64,000 nucleotides of DNA from Leucoraja erinacea. Lineage: Eukaryota. The position numbers and the translations under genes are program-made. The notes beneath the pieces are model-generated. The model made no database searches. It saw nothing but the letters and a program-made list of their open reading frames with translations, and was not told where the DNA came from. The DNA lies in assembly GCF_028641065.1 (NCBI RefSeq), contig NC_073390.1, forward strand, positions 6,014,001 through 6,078,000. The letters run 5' to 3'. This document shows, in pieces, positions 35,769-48,329 of this stretch (positions are counted from its first letter, which is position 1; each line of letters opens with the position of its first letter).

Positions 35769-37887
35769 TTGGATGGAGTTGAGGGGAGAGGTATAAGGAC
35801 AGGTATTGCATCGCCTGCAGTTGCAGGGGAAAGTACCTAGGGACGGGTGGTTTGGGTGGGAAAGGACGAGTTGACCAGGAAGTTACGGAAGGAATGGTCT
35901 GCGGAAATGGGTGGAGATGGGAAGATGTGGCTAGTAGTGGGATCCCGTTGGAGGTGGCGAAAATGTCAGAGGATTATGTGCTGCATGCGACGGCTGATGG
36001 GGTGGAAGGTGAGGACAAGGAGGATTCTGTCCTTGTTATGAATTAGAGTAAGAATTGCAGAGCTGTGGGATATCTCATGAGGGCCTTATCTATCATGGAA
36101 GAGGGGAAACACATCTCCGATGTCCGATTTAGGGAAGACTGCTCTCTCTGCAACTCCCTTGTCAACTCGTCCCATTCCCTCCCGAGGTACTTTCCCCTGC
36201 AACCGCAGGAGATGCAACATCTGTCCCTATACCTCCCCCCTCATCTCCGTCGAAGGATCCCACCAGTCTTTTCAGGTGAGGCAGAGGTTCACTTGCACTT
36301 CTTCCAACCTCATCTACTATATCCGCTGTTTAAGGTGTGGACTCCTGGATATCGGCGAGATCAAGAGCTGGCTCGGTGATCGTTCCGCTGAACACCTCCG
36401 CTCGGTCCGCATAAACCTATCTGATCTCCCAGTTGCTAAACACTCACCCTCCCATTCCCACACTGACATTTCTGTCCTGAGCATCCTCCATTGTCAGAGT
36501 GAGGCCCAGCACAAATTGGAGGAACAGCACCTCACATTTCACTTGGACAGCTTACACCCCAGCGGTATGTACATTGATTTCTCTAACTTCAGGTAAACCT
36601 TGCTTTCCCTCTCCGTTTCTCCCTCACCCTAGTTCTCCAATTAGTTTCACTGTCCTCCTGATTAATTTTATTGATTCTATGCCTCGCGGTCTCTTCCCCT
36701 CAGCGAACAACGAACCATTTTATGTTTCCTTGATCATCGTCTACTTTGATGAGTCATTTTCACACCTTACATTCTCTTTGCACCCTTCCATATCTCCAGT
36801 TCGCCTCTCCCCTAACTCTGTCTGAAGAAGGGTCTTGACCCAAAATGCCACCCATACCTTCTCTCCAGAGATGCTGCCTGTCTCGCTGAGTTACTCCAGC
36901 ATTTTGTGTCTATCTCAAGTATAATAAGTTAGTTCTTATGAACAAGTGCAAATTTAAAAAAGAATAAAGAACAGCATCAAATTTTACGTCTAAATTATAT
37001 TTAGAAATGGTGATATTTTTTTTTTAATGTTTCTAGGATCAGAACTGAACATGAATAAGCATAAGATTTTTTTGCATGAGAAAATGCTTTATTAAATCAT
37101 AATAAATGCAAATATTATGAATATAAACAGATTATGGAACTCTTAAATCGAAACAACTTTCTCTCTTCACATATACATCTGGTTGAATATTTTCAGCATT
37201 TTCTATCTATATTTTAAACATTCATTTGTGCTAACAAAAAACAACATAAATTTATCAGAATTAATGGTATACTCCATTGACTTACATTTTTAATCTTTAT
37301 CGTTTTGCACATAATGAAGTATATTAAACAGTGGGATGCAGTAACCCCGACATAAACAGAATGTTTTTGTTTTTTTAAATCATTTTAATTTCTTTAGATC
37401 TATGGATTGTCCCATTCTCCACCAATAGGCGCCTGTGATCAATGATATCCCCCCCCAAGAATGCCATAGCGCTGGAATTCAGTTATTAATAGCAAGATTA
37501 GTTAATACTACACCACTTGATGGCGATATGTACTTGTATGTCACCTTACTTAACAAATGATTAGTGCATTGTTTCAACCCATTGAGCTGTAATAAATCAA
37601 CAAAGTCAGAACATTTAAATATGCATTCAGTTGTAATATTCATATTAAATGTATATAATCTATTTCTTTTGACATCGAGGCACAATTTCCACCACAATGA
37701 TTGTGTATTTTGTGCAATATTGTAAGCATGACTTCACGTGATTACTGCTTGCTCAAACACCTCTAGTTGTGAAGGCCCTCTTGTATTACAAAGAAAAAGT
37801 GACAGTACTCCTATCTTATTACGTGCCCCATCCTTATTACATGTACAGTATACTATTGTATGCAGTGAATGAAGAGTTACCTTAGAG

Positions 37888-38340
37888 CAGCGGTTCTTAA
37901 CCTGGGGGTCGTGACTTCCCCATGGGGGCCGTTTGGGGTTTTTCCAGGGGTTATGAAGGGGTCATAAATAACATATCAATGTGTTGAGCCCATTTTTAGG
38001 AACCTAACAAAGGTACATACCACACACAGTATTTTGTTTGCGTATGCGCGTACGTATACGCACATTTACTGTGTGTGTTGTGAATCATGTCTGCCAAAAA
38101 GCGCTCGTATAGTGAAGCATTTCTCAAGTTCGGCTTCACAAGCACTGTTCAAAAATCCATGGTCAAGCCCCAATGTGTTTTCTGTGCCAAGGTTTTGAGC
38201 CACGGGAGCATGAAGCCCAGCAAACTGAATATCCATTTGGAGTCTTGTCACAGTGACCTGGAAGGGTGTGGACTATTTCAAATGAACAGAAGCTGCACTC
38301 AAGGGTTCCCGCATCGATTCAACGGGTCACTGCGCTCGTC
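37888..38340 (+). mobile_element. hAT (Charlie/Buster-like) 5' fragment with BED-type zinc-finger N-terminus
   Basis: TIR-like CAGCGGTTCTTAACCTG; ORF 38087 MSAKKRSYSEAFLKFGF...PQCVFCAKVLSHGSMKPSKLNIHLESCH; truncated by a PLE tail. Confidence 0.85.
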
Positions 38341-38404
38341 AAACTCCAGCATTTTGTGTCTACCTTCGATTTAAGCCAGCATCTGCAGTTCTTTCCTACA
38401 CATA

Positions 38405-39050
38405 GTCAAGAGTGTTTTATAGTCATATGTCCCAGGTAGAACAATGATATTCTTACTTGCAGCAGCACAACAGGATATGTAAACATAGTACACTGTAAGC
38501 AATATAATAAACGAGAAAAAAGTTCAGTGTGTAGATATACATACTCACAAATACACATATACCTGTATATAGATCAAATATATAGATACACACGCACACA
38601 TACATACACACAAAAAACAACAATAATGCATAGCAATATTAGTCTATGTAGTTCAGAGCTTATTCGAGGTTGTATTGTTTAATGGCTGTAGGGAAGAAGC
38701 TGTTCCTGAACCTGGACATTAGTTTTCAGGCACCTGTATCGTCTTCCTGATGGGAAGGGTAAAATGAGTGTGTGGCCAGGGTGGTGTGGGTCTCTGATTA
38801 TGCTGGCTGCCTTTTTGAAGCAGCGACTCCGGTAAACCCCTTCAATGATGGGGAGGTCAGAGCCGGAGATCGACTGGGCAATGTTCACAACTTTTTGCAG
38901 TCTTCCTTGCTTCTGGGCATTCAAGTTGCTGAACCAGGCCGTGATGCAACCAGTCAATGTGCTCTCTACTGTACACCTGTAGACGTTCAAGAGAATTCTC
39001 TCTGACATACCAAATCTCCGTAATCCTCTCAGGAAGTAGAGGTGTTGATG
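38405..39050 (-). mobile_element. Rex1/Babar-like LINE 3' fragment
   Basis: HQHLYFLRGLRRFG...YRCTVESTLTGCITAWF...IRDPHHPGH...PSGRRYR. Confidence 0.88.
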
Positions 39051-39064
39051 TGACTTAGTGTTAA

Positions 39065-41000
39065 CAGCCAGATTGACCATTCCCCTCTTCCATAGATGAG
39101 GCCCGCGCACATGTCTCCTTGGTACTCCCCCTCCCATTAGTTGCAAAAGGGACTGAGTCCCCCCCCGTCCTGACCTTTCACCCCATCTGCCATCATACAG
39201 AACTAATCCTCTGACATTTTCGCCACCTCTAACAGGAGGACCACCACTAGTCACATCTTCCCATCTCCACCCCTTTCCGCCTTCCACAGAGACTGTTTCC
39301 TCCACAATTCCCTGGGTAACTCATCCCTTCCCACCTAAACCACCCCCTACCTAGGTACCTTCCCCAGCAACTGCAGGAGATGCAACACCTGTCCCTATAC
39401 CTCCTCTCTCAACACTGACCAGGGACCCAGACAGTCCTTTCAGGTGAGACAGAGGTTCACTTGCACCTCCTCCAACATAATTTACTGTGCCAGTTGTTCA
39501 AGGTGTGGACTCTTATACATCGGCGAGACAAAATATTGAGTGGGCGATCATTTCGCTAAACACCTTCACTCAGTCCGCCTGGGCCCAACTGATCTCACGG
39601 TTGCCAAACACTTTAATTCCCCTTCCCGTTCCCACACTGACCTTTCTGTCCTGGCACTCCTCCATTTTCGGAGTGAGGCCAAATGTAAATTGGAGGAAAA
39701 GCATCTCATTTTTCACGTGGGCAGCTTACAATCCAGCGGTATGAATATTGATTTCTTGAACTTCAAGTTACCCTTGCATCCCCTCTCCATCCCTCTCACA
39801 CCCAAGTCGTTGTATGAGCTTCAAAGTCGTCTTGTTAAGTCTCATTGTCTAACTCGTTTTCACCTAGGCCACAGCTAACAATGGCTTGTTCCCTTTATCG
39901 GGGCTTTTTTGCATATCTTTCATTCATTTGCTCTACATCTCTATATCTCTCGTTTCCCTTTCCCCTGACTCTCAGTCTGAAGAAAGGTCTTGACCCGAAC
40001 TACCACCTGTTCCTTTTTTCCAGAGATGCTGTCTAACCCGCTGAGTTACACCAGCTTTTTGTGTCTTTCTTTGGTTTAAACCAGCATCTGCAGTTCCTTC
40101 CAACACATTGATAATTATATTATGTGTCTTAGCAGAAACATTTGTGGGCCATTGGATTGTAGGACAATTATCACTTAGCCAGGAAATATTCTTGCTTTTC
40201 TTGGCCTGTTTGTGCAATTGCTGCACAAAACAGAACGAACAGGAATGAACATCAATTTCTTCTCTCCATTAGTTTTGATCACGAGGAAAACTACACTACC
40301 CTAACACAAGCTGGAAATTAAATTTGAAAAAATCCTTTTGTCCATTTTGATTTCTCACCAAATAAATCTGCAGGAACTCCCTAACTCCAAAATGTGAAAA
40401 ATGCAAAGATTCCAAGCCAACCATAAAAAAAAACTAGTGCACATCTATAGACACAAAATGCTGGAGTAACTCAGCGGGTCAGGCAGCATCTCTGGAGAAA
40501 AGGAATAGGTTATGTTTCGGATCGGAACCCTTCTTCAGACTGAAAGATAGGGAAGACCTGAACAAAACAAGGTCAGCAACAGATGACCTCAGGAAGGGTG
40601 GAGTCCAGAATGGCCCATTGTTGGCTGGGAAAGATGTGCTAACAACAAGTTACAAGGATGTGAACAGTGGAACAGTGTTTAATCAATAGTGTTTTATTAT
40701 TAATGTTTTATGTGTCATTCCTAACTGTCACTGTATGTCATGTTGTCACTTGCGGGCAGAGCACCAAGGCAAATTCCTTGTATGTGAATACTTGGCCAAT
40801 AAACTTATCCTACTAGTTGAATGAATGAATGACCAGGGTGCAGGAGAGAAGGGGGGAGGGGGAAGGAATTCTGGAGTTACTTGAATTAGAGAAATCAACG
40901 TTCATGCCACTGGGTTGCAAGGCGCCCAAGCAAAATATGAGGTGCTGTTCCTCCAATTTGTGTGTGACCTCACTCTGACAGTGGAGAAGATCAGTATGGG
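39065..41000. mobile_element. Two PLE fragments: plus (39065-40100) and minus (40445-41000)
   Basis: GDHFAKHLHSV...HFNSPSRSH...KLEEKHLIF; hammerhead-like tails. Confidence 0.85.
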
Positions 41001-43789
41001 AATTGGAGTTAAAATGTTTTGTAACTGTGCCAGACCTCTTTTTACCCTCCTGATTTCCTTCTTTAATGTGTTCCTCAGTTCCCGAAACTCCTCCAGAGAT
41101 ATACTTGATCCCAGCTGCCTATACCTGTCCCAAGCCTACTTTTTCTTGACCAGAGCCACAATTTCTTGTCATCCAAGCTTCCTTACTCCCACCTGCCTTG
41201 CCTTTCTCTCTAACTGGAACATGCATACCCAGAACATCAGTTTTTAAAAGCATCCCACTTTCCGTACATTCCTTTTCCTGCAGACAACCTGCTCTAATCA
41301 ACTTGAGCAAATTCTAATACTAGTCTAATACTAAAGTTGGGCTTGCCTCAATTTCAAATCTTAATTCACAGGCCATGTCTTTATACATAACTATCTTAAG
41401 GCTAATATCCATAACTATCTTAAAGCTAATAGAACTATTTTAAAGCTAACATTTTAATAAAATAATTTATAAAGCATTGTACTTAATGCATTTGCCCAAT
41501 ACTTGGGATATTGAATATTGAAGTGACCTTGAATGAGGACAAAGATGTATTTTTCACTAATGTAGACGATGCAGAGAAATGAACAATGTCTATTTCATTT
41601 CAGAACTGTTTGAGCCTACAACAGTGAGTGAAGGACAATAGGAGGATAGAGGGTACAAGGGGAGAAATAACTTTGTTTTGAGAATGTTGCATTTGATCTC
41701 TCCTTGTAAAGGTAAAATTGTAGGGAAGAATCGTATGTGGCAATATCAATGCTATATTAAACATATTTTGTGTTTTAATAAATAAATGATAAAGAAAACT
41801 ACCTTATTTTACATTGTTGGTGAGATGTTGCTTTGATTTTTAAACTAAGTAACGGCACTGACAGAAAAACGATTTTTTTCAGTTCCGTCTTGAACACTGT
41901 TCATTTACTTTTGATTTTCAACATCACTCGTATAAAGCACAACTTGCAATGAACTAATCGGTATGGTCCACAGCTTATTTATTTAATGATTCAAATCTAC
42001 ACATCATTACAACAAATGGATAGATTTAATTTCTGAAATGTATTCTTTTCCAATACACAGCATCATTGAGAGTAAAAGATAAGATTTTTAAAACATTAAA
42101 CTAATCCAGCCTGAAGTACAGTTTTGTTTTATATTTGAATAATGTAAACCATTTATATTCCTATTATAAATTTGTTTTCAGACAAATAATGCATTATGTA
42201 GAAATTCAAGACCAATAGCTGGATTGAAGAAGTGCATATGTCATTTTCTTTTGCATGTAAAAGCAAAATTCAATTTCACTCATTTAACATAAATCATCCC
42301 CGTAAATCACGGAGAAAAAGGACCATCGTGGCTTAATTTACTAGGCTTGGTTTAATGGCTACACTTATTGGGAGTTATAAATTAACTTCCAATATTTTGG
42401 CATAAATATTAAATTGCCTAGGTTTTTCTACACCATTCGATTCTGAAACAATTGAAAATGACCCAATCCTTTATTGATTTATTTTACCTAAACCGTATTG
42501 CCTAAGCTGCAAATATATGAAGGGAGTGGCCAAGACTGTAAGATGCACAATCTAAATTTACCAAAGGACAAGAAGTAAATAGATTTTTGGAGTTAACTTT
42601 AGTTCAACTATTTTAGTCCAGACTGGTAACGAATCAGCAATAATAAATGCAATAGGCATATATTGGTAATCAGCTGCTGACTGTATTTTGTAAACTTGTG
42701 TACGCAAACATGTAACAACCCCATTGAATAGACCATTATTTCAACCATTTGGTCCCAAAAATAAATACTAGTAGCACTTCATCTCAGCTGGTAGTGATTT
42801 TCTTCCAAATATCATTCTCCCACATGTGGCCCACATTTTATACTCGGAGTAGCTGACAATGTTGTGGAAGCAGACCGCTGCATGATGTTTGTATCTCATT
42901 CCCTATTGTACTGTAGAATGGTGCTTTAACATTAGCCCAATGCTAGATTATACCACTGATTACAGGAGACCTCTTGCATAGTTACCTCACTATTCATACA
43001 ACATTTATATTTGCCCATCCAGGTATTATCAATGGAACATTCTCTTTTACTTCATATAAATGGATCTTATGGCAATAGCAACATGTAATCTTCTCTGACA
43101 AAAGTTAAAATAGGTGCTCTATGCGTCTCTAGTAGCACAAAGAGAATTACAAAAAATCTTTGATTAATTTGCACCCTTAATTAAAATTCAAAAGAAACAA
43201 TTTCTGTTTTGTCACAAATCAAATTGCGTGGAACCAAAATTCCAACTGTAATTTTATATTAGTTTAGCAATTATCAAATTGTTAATCTTAATGATGTGCA
43301 TCATTTTTACAACAAACAACAGCATTTTCTCAACCCCCTTCTATTAAATTATTATAAAAAGAGACAATATTTTGTTTTTCGTGAATAAACTAATTACAGG
43401 AATAAATTAACTTCATATAAAAATTTACATCAATAGCAGACTAGTTAGTAGAAGTTTGCCGATGCACACTAAACGTGTCTTTTTAAAATAGTGTATCAAA
43501 AATGTTAGCTTTATTGGTATGCAAAATATACTTGTGGTCTTTATGGATAGATTTTTAACTCGGGTAAATTATTATTGCCAGAAATGTGATGAGTGAAAAA
43601 AGATAGATTAGAAATAGTTCCTGGCAGACCTTTTCCAATTTTGAATATTTTCATTTACCTGGCCAGCACCTTCCAGGCATTAAGATGTAGTTTTATCTTT
43701 GTCAACAAGTGTTAATTCAAATGGCTGGTACACAAAATTGCTGGAGAAACTCAGCGGGTGCAGCAGCATCTATGGAGCGAAGGAAATAG

Positions 43790-43823
43790 GCGACGTTTCG
43801 GGCCGAAACCCTTCTTCAGACTG
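43790..43823 (-). ncRNA. Minimal type I hammerhead ribozyme motif (PLE-type)
   Basis: CAGU CUGAAGA A GGG UUUCGG CCC GAAA CG UC GC: intact core boxes, 3-bp stem II, palindromic ACGU in place of stem III. Confidence 0.75.
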
Positions 43824-44443
43824 ATGGGGGGGGGGGGGGGGGAAGAAGGGAGGAAAAAGGGGAGGAGGAGGAGCCCGAGGGCGGGCGGATAGGAGGGTGG
43901 GAGGAGACAGCTCAAGGTTAAGGAAGGGGAGGAGACAGTAAGGGCTAGCAAAATTGGGAGAATTCAATGTAAATGCCATCCGGACGCAAGCAACCCAGGC
44001 GGAATATGAGGCGCTGTTCCTCCAATTTCCGCTGTTGCTCACTCTGGCAATGGAGGAGACCCAGGACAGAGAGGTCGGATTGGGAATGGGAGGGGGAGTT
44101 GAAGTGCTGAGCCACCGGGAGGTCAGGTTGGTTATTGCGGACTGAGCGCCTCCCGGTGGCTCAGCACTTCAACTTCCCCTCCCATTCCCAATCCGACCTC
44201 TCTGTCCTGGGTCTCCTCCATTGCCAGAGTGAGCAACAGCGGAAATTGGAGGAACAGCACCTCATATTCCGCCTGGGGACCTTGCGTCCGGATGGCATTA
44301 ACATTGAATTCTCCCAATTTTGCTAGCCCTTACTGTCCCCTCCCCTTCCTTAACCCTTGAGCTGTCTCCTCCCACCCTCCTATCCGGCCGCCCTCGGGCT
44401 CCTCCTCCTCCCCTTTTCCTTCCTTCTTCCCCCCCCCACCCAT

Positions 44444-44477
44444 CAGTCTGAAGAAGGGTTTCGGCCCGAAACGTTGC
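44444..44477 (+). ncRNA. Minimal hammerhead ribozyme motif (PLE-type)
   Basis: cagtCTGAAGAagggtttcggcccGAAAcgTTgc. Confidence 0.72.
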
Positions 44478-44856
44478 CTATTTCCTTCGCTCCATAGATG
44501 CTGCTGCACCCGCTGAGTTTCTCCAGCAATTTTGTATACCTTCGATTTTCCAGCATCTGCAGTTCCTTCTTGAACACTTAATTCAAATGGCTGTTGGGTA
44601 GATTATCATTAGGTTCTTCACCTATTTTTTTGTCATTGGATTATAGTGAATTAAAAATCTTAAAAATTGAATGCAAATATCATGTTATTTAAATGCGTGA
44701 TCTGAATATTCATAATATTTTTTCACAATGTTCTGGAATACCAACTCTTCCCAACTAGTACAATGAAAAAACCTCATGGAAATGGAAAAACAACTATTTA
44801 ATTTGCTTTTCTCAGAAGGTTCTATCACTTTGTAATAAATGCGTAGAAAAAGTGAT

Positions 44857-44993
44857 TTAAACTTCAGTTTCTATATTCAGTTCATTATTTCCATTGGAGT
44901 TGATCTGCAGGTCACTTTTACAAACATCAGTCATGTGTGACCCCACTGTCAATTGTTGTGAAGCAAAATCTTTCTCAGCATCCTTCGATATTC
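44857..44993 (-). CDS. C2orf72: C2orf72-like last coding exon (GISKDAEKDF...NELNIETEV*)
   Basis: Poly-T acceptor ttttttttag, phase 1, open to TAA; total 879 nt (292 aa), close to the human length; followed by AT-rich UTR-like sequence. Confidence 0.68.
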
Positions 44994-45369
44994 CTAAAAA
45001 AAAAAGATGCAATTATTTCAACTAATGATGTAAAGTAATATTTAAAATATGATTTCATATTTACAAATGTTATAAACTCCAAATGTACAGATTTTCCGTT
45101 TTCCTGTCTGACAATTCATCGATCAGTCCATTCATCAACGTGACAGGATAGACAACAGACCAGAGAAACCAGCACAGGCATCACACCTGAGAAGAGATCG
45201 AGTAGAAACTTCTACTCTGCCTCCAACAGCAAATTTCAGTCACAGTTGAATGTCATAAGGGAAATACAGTGATATGGAAAACAGACCTCACATTCACTCT
45301 TTCACGGTACTAATTAATTAAGCTTTATTCAGTCGGAACAGGATAGAGAGAGGCAGCAATAACTCATTT

Positions 45370-45850
45370 TACATAGTCATAGGATTAGAAGAGCACTGAA
45401 TTAGGCCCTTCGGCCTAACTAGTTGAAGTTTTGTAACCTAACTAGTCCCACATGCACATCCCTCCAAAGTCCAAACATTTTCTATCCATGTGCTTGTACG
45501 GTGTCTTTTAAATGTCCTAATTCACCCAGCTCCACCACCTCCTTGAGCAGTTCGTTCATTTATATGCCTCACCATGTTCGTGAAAAAGTTGCCCCTCATT
45601 TCATTTTGAGTCTTTTTTCCTCTCACCTTAAACCTGTGCCCTAAAACTTTATATTCCTCTACCCTGAGGAAATGACTGTGCTATTACAGTATATGAGCAC
45701 TCCTTGACCTCCCATACTCCAGGGAAAAAGACTTGGCCCATCCAGTCTACACCTTAAACCTTCCAGGGACAGTAACATCCTCGTAAATCTCCTCTGCTCC
45801 CTCTCCAGTTTAATCATACCCTTACAACCGCTGGGCAAACAGTACTCCAA
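45370..45850 (-). mobile_element. Old CR1 3' fragment
   Basis: KLEREQRRFTRML remnant and CR1 3' UTR (ggcccttcggcc). Confidence 0.75.
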
Positions 45851-47780
45851 ATTTACAAAAGACACTTGCAGAAATGGTAAAGTCAAAACATTCAACCCAT
45901 AGCAAACCCGGGTATTTAAATTGCTTTTAGTAAAATTCTAACAGTCAGAGGACAAGAAGTAGCTGTTTAAAAAGACTTGCAGTCCACATAATCTCCAATA
46001 TTCAATGTCATCAATATTAATTACAATAACAGTTAAAAAGAACTTCTCCATGATCCACACCCAGCTAAGTATGCAAGCATACTGGACTTTATGCTATTGC
46101 AATAAAATGAATTCAAACGCTGAATTCCCATCGTCATATTGTGGGCCAGCACATGACTAAATTGCTGTGGGGAACAGAATCTACTTTCCACTACTCCTTT
46201 GTTACAGAATGACTGCAGGCCAATACCATGTAGATGGTATATATTGTTCTTAGGGTACCTAATCCACCTTAATGCAATACTACATCCCAAGATATATAAT
46301 TTTCTAAATATTTAAAAGGTTACAGTTCCCAGAACTACATAATCTCAACTGAGCAGCAATTGTAGCATAATAATTAGGTCTCGTCAGTCATAATTATCTG
46401 CAGAATTAACATGAATTTAGTAATTTATAAACATACTAAATGACAATACATCTAAAATATTTGCATTCTATTTTCTGCACACAGAGATTGACATAGCTGA
46501 TATTATAAGAGCATTTGATACTAGTCTTCACTGGGATTGACTTGGGTTTTAAGATGGAAAGCAAATATAAGATGAAGACAAATTTCTGCGGATTGGCAAA
46601 TTTAAGGAGCCCTCCAACATTCCTCCTAGCTAATGGGGTCAAAAGCTTTAGTGAAATCAATAAAGGCCATGCGCAATGATAGAAACTGCTCCACACTTTT
46701 TTTCTTGAAGTTGTCATGTCCATTATACTTCTCTAATAGGTGGAATATATACTGCAATCTGGAAAACAGTTATTCAGCCAGTCGGAAGAGCATATTAGGA
46801 GGGCTTTGACAATAACAGCAGAATCCCAATTTGCAATGACCACAAATTGGACTCCTCCTTTCTTGAAGATAGTCATTACACCATCTCCAAGGTCCCTGGT
46901 ATATCTTCCTCTTCCCAGGTGTGGATGATGAGTTGATTTGTGACTGAAGTTCTTCGTCGCTATTGTTCAAGAATTTCATCAGGAACATCAATGTTTTCCC
47001 TAGATATAGTCAGTTACATCTTAAATGTTTGGGGGACATGTTCTTTGTGCCAAGGCGGCTACAATGATTCGCCCCATCCGCTCCAGAGCTACAGCCTGGT
47101 GCTCCCAGCAAAAGATTGTAAGAAAACTATCTGATGGTCATGAATACAAATACAATTTAAGGATGTCTGCATTTTCAGCCTCACAGGTGTGCTTGACTGC
47201 TTCACCTGAGAGGGACAAGATCACTGTCAAACTCAGTTCCTAATCTTGAGATTGTGCCAGACTGAATTACTGGTCTCTGCCACATCTCATATTTGATGAT
47301 CACTGCTGCATTAGGGAGATCACCCAAACTCCATACTCAAGGAGAAGCAACTTTATACCCTTTTCCGTTAGTCCACATAGAGGCAATGGGGAAGAGCCTA
47401 TGGTTGCACTACAAGCTTCTGGAAAATGCAGATACTCTTTAAATTGTACTGATCACCTTCAGTGAGCTTCCTTACTATCTTCTGCCACAGGCACCTGTCT
47501 GCAGCTCCAAAGTGGGTGGGGTGAATTTTTGTAGTTCCCCTGGCACGAGGAACATGCCCCATCATTCAGTCTCTTTGCCTCTACAGCTGTTTCCTGACCC
47601 ACTGAGTTCCTCCAGTAGTTTGTTTTCTGCTTCAACTTGATATTCTCCTCCCTTCACACACTGTGATTCCATGAAGCGTGCATGAAAATATACTTTATCA
47701 AAAAACACCAAATGCAAATTTAAACTTGCAAAATTTAGCACCTATTAATAAATAAAGTTATATTATAATTTTCTACGTAC

Positions 47781-47897
47781 CTTCTTTTTCTATACTATTC
47801 CGGATGTTATCGACATCCCTGTCTTCTCTACGTCTTCTGGTGTTCCCCAAGAAGCAAAAAAATTCAGGAAAACACGTCTGTCTTCTTTTCTTTACAT
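47781..47897 (-). CDS. C2orf72: C2orf72-like exon 2 (DVKKRRQTCFPEFFCFLGNTRRRREDRDVDNIRNSIEKE)
   Basis: tttacag/gtacgt; 117 nt, phase 1-1, open frame; CF plus basic cluster resembles human LACFSW...SRRK. Confidence 0.75.
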
Positions 47898-48329
47898 CTG
47901 TAAATAAAGAGGGTTTTGTGGTGTCTGGATTTCATCAAAGTAAAATAGTTCATTTAATGACCTGATTGCTTTTCTCATTGTGTCTTTGCAGGCACAACGG
48001 ACATCGGTTTTGCACTATTATGGTCACTTAGTATTACGCTATTAATTTATTGTATTTTTGATTATTATACATTTATTTATGTTATTGCACTTAAGGGCTG
48101 TTAAGTTGCAGCAAGTAAGAATTGTTGGTGCCAGTACAGATGACAATCACTCTTAACTTCATGACATACATAATGTCTATAAGAATGGTAGAAGTGATTC
48201 CTTTTGCCTAAAAACGTCAAACATTTTTCTTCTTGCACAACAGAATGTATTGAGGAACTTTTGGTATCTGAGACAGAGCTGTCTGAAAGTGGGGAGAAAC
48301 GTGCAATTGAGGTGTAGAAGGGCACGGTA

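Larger units (their letters stand above)
33425..36915. mobile_element. Cluster of Penelope-like retroelement fragments (+, -, +) with GIY-YIG endonuclease remnants
   Basis: FTCTSSNLIYCIHCFRCGLLNIGETKRRLGDRFTEH (34390..34698 -); FPCNRRRCNIC...YYIRCLRCGLLDIGEIK...LEEQHL (36120..36596 +); SYLDYTSSHPASCK RT-thumb remnant. Confidence 0.92.
43728..44577. mobile_element. Young inverted-repeat PLE cassette with 16-bp TSD, in the probable C2orf72 3' UTR
   Basis: TTAATTCAAATGGCTG at 43712-43727 and 44578-44593; arms about 43728-44121 and 44150-44540 are near-perfect reverse complements. Confidence 0.92.

Noticed and set aside
38087-38374. Domesticated ZBED-type gene
   Set aside because: Only the N-terminal finger is present, it frameshifts after about 58 codons, retains a TIR and is cut by a PLE tail
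36920-43710. Defined C2orf72 3' UTR end or poly(A) site
   Set aside because: AT-rich with many candidate AATAAA hexamers; one cannot be chosen without transcript data
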